DNA of 19,605 nt from Candidatus Woesearchaeota archaeon. Lineage in GTDB: Archaea; Nanobdellota; Nanobdellia; Woesearchaeales; GW2011-AR15. The notes beneath the pieces are model-generated. The model saw nothing but the letters and a program-made list of their open reading frames with translations, did not search any database and was not told the DNA's origin. Positions 16,170-19,605 of the stretch are shown in pieces. The DNA is taken from NCBI GenBank assembly GCA_038874655.1, contig JAVZBY010000012.1, forward strand, positions 4,206-23,810. The letters run 5' to 3'. Numbering within the stretch: the stretch's first letter is position 1; each line of letters starts with the position of its first letter. The translations under genes were made by a program, and so were the position numbers.

Positions 16170-17192
16170 TTATTTCTCATAAATCTTTTTTATTACTTCC
16201 TCAATCTCAGGGTTTGTTATATTTAAATCTTTTATAGGATAATGTTTAATTATGTAATTTATAACTTTTTCAATTTCATGCTGTTGTTTATCAACTTCTA
16301 TTTTGACTTCATAATCTTGTTTTTCCAAAATTTTTATTCCCTTAACTTTTGTTTCATCTATTTTATAATCAATCTTATCTTTAAATTTAATTTGCACTAT
16401 TTTTGTTTTTAAATAATCATTCTTTAATTTTTCCAAACTACCATCATAAACAATTTTCCCTTTATTAATTATTATTATATTTTCGCATAATTCTTCTATA
16501 TCTTCTAAATCATGAGTAGTTAATAAAAAAGTAATATTCTTTTCTTTATTCACTTTTTTTATAAATTCCCTAATTTTTTCTTTTGAAACAATATCTAAGC
16601 CAATAGTTGGCTCATCTAAAAAAACAACATCCGGCTCGTGCAACAAAGAACTAATTAATTCACATTTCATTTTTTCTCCTAATGATAATTGTCTAACAGG
16701 TCTTTTTATTATATCTTCTAACTCAAAAAGTTTCACAAAAAAATCCAAATTTCTTTTATACATTTCATCAGGAATTTCATATAAAACTTTGTTTAATTCA
16801 AATGTGTCAATAGCAGGCAGATCTAGCCAAAGTTGTTGTTTTTGGCCAAAAACAACACCAATTCTTTTCACATATTTTTCTCTGTCTTTCCATGGTTCAA
16901 AACCATTAACATTAACACTTCCAGATGTTGGATATAAAATTCCAGACAATATTTTAATAGTTGTTGATTTTCCCGCACCATTAGGGCCAATAAAACCTCT
17001 AATTTCGCCTTTTTTCACATTAAAAGAAATTTCTTCTAATGCTTTAATCTCTATATATTCTCGTTTAAACAAGCTTTTTAATGTTGAAAAAAACCCAGCT
17101 TCTTTTTTAAATGTCTTGAAATACTTTTTTAAATTACTTACAACAATTATATCATTATTTTTTTTATCTTGATTTTTTTTATTATCTCTCAA
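16170..17192 (-). CDS. ABC-2 type exporter ATP-binding subunit
   Basis: Walker A GPNGAGKSTT, Q-loop VFGQKQQL, signature LSLGE, Walker B VFLDEPTIGLD, H-loop TTHD. TTG start with SD GAAGGTGA. Confidence 0.96.
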   Translation of the reverse strand: MRDNKKNQDKKNNDIIVVSNLKKYFKTFKKEAGFFSTLKSLFKREYIEIKALEEISFNVKKGEIRGFIGPNGAGKSTTIKILSGILYPTSGSVNVNGFEPWKDREKYVKRIGVVFGQKQQLWLDLPAIDTFELNKVLYEIPDEMYKRNLDFFVKLFELEDIIKRPVRQLSLGEKMKCELISSLLHEPDVVFLDEPTIGLDIVSKEKIREFIKKVNKEKNITFLLTTHDLEDIEELCENIIIINKGKIVYDGSLEKLKNDYLKTKIVQIKFKDKIDYKIDETKVKGIKILEKQDYEVKIEVDKQQHEIEKVINYIIKHYPIKDLNITNPEIEEVIKKIYEK

Positions 17193-17252
17193 AAATAATC
17201 ACCTTCTCTATTTTCAACTATTTTTTTATTATTAATCTTTTAATTATAATCT

Positions 17253-18035
17253 TTAACCACCAGCACTTGTGTAATTTTTAATTGCTCTTTTCCATAGATA
17301 AATACTAAAAACATAAAATATAAATACAATTACAAAAGTATAAACTAAATTATCCTTATAATTCTCAATTAAAATTTTGCTTGGAATGTACGCCAATACA
17401 GTTAAAGGAATCAAATATCTAAATATAAAACCTAAAAAATTACTATAAATTTCATTAGGATATTGAGCATAATTTTTTATTGTTCTTATAAATTCACCTA
17501 ATCTGCCAATTCTTACAGCATTTAAAATAATAGAATATTTTAAAATTGCTATAGAAAAAATAAATAATAATGCAGTTGATAAAAAAATCAAAAAAATCAA
17601 AATCTTATCAAAAGTAAAAATAATGCCTAATTTGACACTGGAATAAATTATCAATATTAAACCTAATAAAAAATCTGCAATATGCTCTAACCCAAAATTT
17701 GTAAAAGATATGTATTTTAATGTATCAATTGGATATAATAAATAACGGTCAAACATACCAGTTCTTACATCATATGATAAACTCCAATCAACCCTTTGAA
17801 AAAACATTCTATCAATTGAATTTATTAGCATAAAAATTCCCTGTAAAAGTAAAATTTCATTAAAACTCCATCCAGGAAAACCATTTGTATGCATATATAT
17901 CAAAATTGTTATTAAAGGTAAAGCCAAATCAAAACTCAATAAAGTAAACATCATTAAAATAAAATTTGCCTTAAACATCATTTGTTCTTGTATTCTTAGT
18001 TTAATACTTTTGATGAAAAAATTTATGGTTTTCAT
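17253..18035 (-). CDS. ABC-2 family permease (ABC2_membrane_6/DUF990-like)
   Basis: About 6 TM segments. GWSFNEIL, VRTGMFDRYLLYP, YPNEIY, terminal YTSAGG. ATG 18035 is preferred over TTG 18068, which lies inside the HEPN gene. Confidence 0.9.
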   Translation of the reverse strand: MKTINFFIKSIKLRIQEQMMFKANFILMMFTLLSFDLALPLITILIYMHTNGFPGWSFNEILLLQGIFMLINSIDRMFFQRVDWSLSYDVRTGMFDRYLLYPIDTLKYISFTNFGLEHIADFLLGLILIIYSSVKLGIIFTFDKILIFLIFLSTALLFIFSIAILKYSIILNAVRIGRLGEFIRTIKNYAQYPNEIYSNFLGFIFRYLIPLTVLAYIPSKILIENYKDNLVYTFVIVFIFYVFSIYLWKRAIKNYTSAGG

Positions 18036-18045
18036 TTTTTTAATT

Positions 18046-18477
18046 TTATTTTTTATCAAGTTCTTCAATATATTTTAAAATTAGGTTATATATCCTTTTT
18101 GCTTCATTAATTTTTTCAATTAGCTCTTTAATTTCAAAAGAAAAACCATAATACTTAGATTTATTTCTTTTATCTCTTAACTCATCTAAAATAATACTAT
18201 CTTTTTGGTTTAAGATTTTTTTTTCTTTTGCATATGAAATATTTGCTTGGTGGGAATAAGATTTTAAATTATTTTTCAATAAAATAGCATCTAACAGTTC
18301 TCTTATTGCTTCGTATAAATTCTCAAAGACAAATTTTGCATTTATTCTATCAATGTTTAGATTAGAAAAAAACACATATCTCTTTTTTGCGTCATTAATT
18401 AGAGATTCATATTCTTTTTGATTAAAGTTAGTCTCTCTTATTTCACCTATTTCTTGATAATATTCAAATGGTTTCAT
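18046..18477 (-). CDS. HEPN-domain protein (putative toxin), RxxxxY variant
   Basis: All-helical 143 aa. LYEAIRELLDAIL...SH...LRDKRNKSKYYG. ATGA overlap with the upstream MNT gene. Confidence 0.8.
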   Translation of the reverse strand: MKPFEYYQEIGEIRETNFNQKEYESLINDAKKRYVFFSNLNIDRINAKFVFENLYEAIRELLDAILLKNNLKSYSHQANISYAKEKKILNQKDSIILDELRDKRNKSKYYGFSFEIKELIEKINEAKRIYNLILKYIEELDKK

Positions 18478-18986
18478 GGAAAAAATCCCTCTATTAAAAT
18501 TCCTTGCTTAATATTATCCAACAAGTTCTTATTTTTAGATTTCTTAATATCTTCTAAATAATGTAATTCTATTTTTTTATTAAAAAAATTCTCATACTTC
18601 TCAAGATTAATATCTATCTTTTTATCTACAGCAATATCAATATCAGATTTTTCAGTATCCTGTCCTAAGCTATAACTTCCGAATAAAATAATTGTTTTTA
18701 TATCTTTTTTAATCATATCTTCAATTAAGTTGGATTCATAAAGTAAAAATAGATTTGTAAATTTTTTATAAACAAAAAGAAATTTATTATCAAAATTTAA
18801 ACTTAAAACATAATTTTTTCCAATAATCTCTTTTTTTATCAAACCTTTTTTTAATAAATCGTCTGCATATTTTAATGTTGTAGCAGGCGATATATTTAAT
18901 TGCCTGCTTAATTCCCTAACATGTATTTTTTTTAAAGGATTCTTTACAAAATAAATCCAAAGTTTATTGTTCAATAAATTAAACAT
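18474..18986 (-). CDS. wHTH + minimal nucleotidyltransferase (MNT) fusion (putative antitoxin/autorepressor)
   Basis: HVRELSRQLNISPATTLKYADDLLKKGLI (HTH) and ILFGSYSLGQDTEKSDIDIAV (GS-x10-DxD). Confidence 0.92.
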   Translation of the reverse strand: MFNLLNNKLWIYFVKNPLKKIHVRELSRQLNISPATTLKYADDLLKKGLIKKEIIGKNYVLSLNFDNKFLFVYKKFTNLFLLYESNLIEDMIKKDIKTIILFGSYSLGQDTEKSDIDIAVDKKIDINLEKYENFFNKKIELHYLEDIKKSKNKNLLDNIKQGILIEGFFP

Positions 18987-19017
18987 ATGTTTAATAAAAT
19001 AAACAATTATTTATTAA
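18968..19017 (-). promoter_or_regulatory. Promoter and tandem 18-bp dyad operator centred on the wHTH-MNT start codon
   Basis: TGTTCA-ATAAAT-TAAACA-TA-TGTTTA-ATAAAA-TAAACA (18968-19005), with perfect core ATTAAACATATGTTTAAT (18978-18995). Minus-strand TTAATAAA at 19010-19017 has a purine-rich BRE and lies 23 nt from the ATG. Confidence 0.78.
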
Positions 19018-19057
19018 TTTTTCTTTTTTGAAATAAAAGGCAAATATTTTTTAAAAG

Positions 19058-19603
19058 CTAGCCTCCACTTCCAGCATATTTTTTTATTGCAATACTTAAA
19101 AATATTTTACATGCAAAAATTAAAATAAAAAGCCATATAATTTGTAATCCAATAAACATGATTGATCCAGATAAAGTAAATTTTTCTATGTAAATTTGTA
19201 TAACACCATATCTTATATAATAAAAAGGTAGAAATTTTGACAAATTAAAAAAAAAAGTGCCAAAAAACTCCAATGGAATAAATTCACCAGAGGCAAATCT
19301 AATGAAAAAAAACAAAAGCCATTGTAAAGATTCAATTTTATAAAGCCAGAAAGCAAAAATACCAATGAAAAAGTTTATGAAAAAATTAAGGAAAAAAGCA
19401 AAAACAATTGCAATAAAAAATAAAGAAAAAATCAAAAAATTCGGAATTCTAATTTTGAATATTAAAAAAGAAATAATAAAAACAGGAATGACTTCAACAA
19501 AAAAAGCAAACAATCTTTCTGCTGTTGTAATTGCTAAAAATTGATTGATAAGAGAAAAAGGTTTTAATAAATCTTGGTTTAGTTCGCCTGCAACAATCTT
19601 GTC
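19058..19603 (-). CDS. Second ABC-2 family permease (ABC2_membrane_6-like); 5' end lies outside the window
   Basis: The frame stays open past TTG 19513 to the edge: DKIVAGELNQDLLKPFS...; also ASGEFIPLEFF, FLPFYY, terminal YAGSGG. Confidence 0.9.
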   Translation of the reverse strand, partial: DKIVAGELNQDLLKPFSLINQFLAITTAERLFAFFVEVIPVFIISFLIFKIRIPNFLIFSLFFIAIVFAFFLNFFINFFIGIFAFWLYKIESLQWLLFFFIRFASGEFIPLEFFGTFFFNLSKFLPFYYIRYGVIQIYIEKFTLSGSIMFIGLQIIWLFILIFACKIFLSIAIKKYAGSGG

Positions 19604-19605
19604 TT

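Noticed and set aside
6091-17172. Short ORFs 6091-6312, 8967-9149, 9328-9522, 10860-11051, 12957-13157, 13737-14045, 14820-15002 and 16789-17172
   Set aside because: Alternate-frame or antisense overlaps of real genes with no independent support.
1-19605. CRISPR array, rRNA or IS element
   Set aside because: No regularly spaced repeats with unique spacers, no long GC-rich structured tract, and no transposase motifs were seen.

Overview
Very AT-rich archaeal chromosomal segment, most consistent with a DPANN lineage (Woesearchaeota/Pacearchaeota-like; this is inference). Archaeal markers: TATA/BRE promoters with apparently leaderless starts, GGTGA-type Shine-Dalgarno sites, a BHB-intron tRNA, RNase HII with a PCNA-binding tail, and Taw3/TYW3. 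Contents in order: partial GT4 glycosyltransferase, wHTH regulator, small Cys-motif protein, pyruvate kinase, LOG-family protein, intron-containing tRNA-Ile(UAU), a tail-fibre-like S74 chaperone protein, a membrane protein, RNase HII, IleRS, hemerythrin, an S-layer-like protein, Taw3, a broken ORF with ADP-ribosyltransferase-like motifs, a short DegT-like PLP protein, and an ABC-2 exporter operon split by a wHTH-MNT/HEPN toxin-antitoxin pair. Most notable: (i) the same 38-bp double-dyad architecture (TGT-N12-ACA-TA-TGT-N12-ACA) is centred on the start codon of both the wHTH-MNT gene and taw3, with different inner half-sites; (ii) the rare tRNA-Ile(UAU); (iii) the fibre gene has a signal peptide upstream of any canonical start, and three ORFs show ATT/ATC/ATA at the expected leaderless start position. 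No CRISPR array, rRNA, transposase or integrase was seen.
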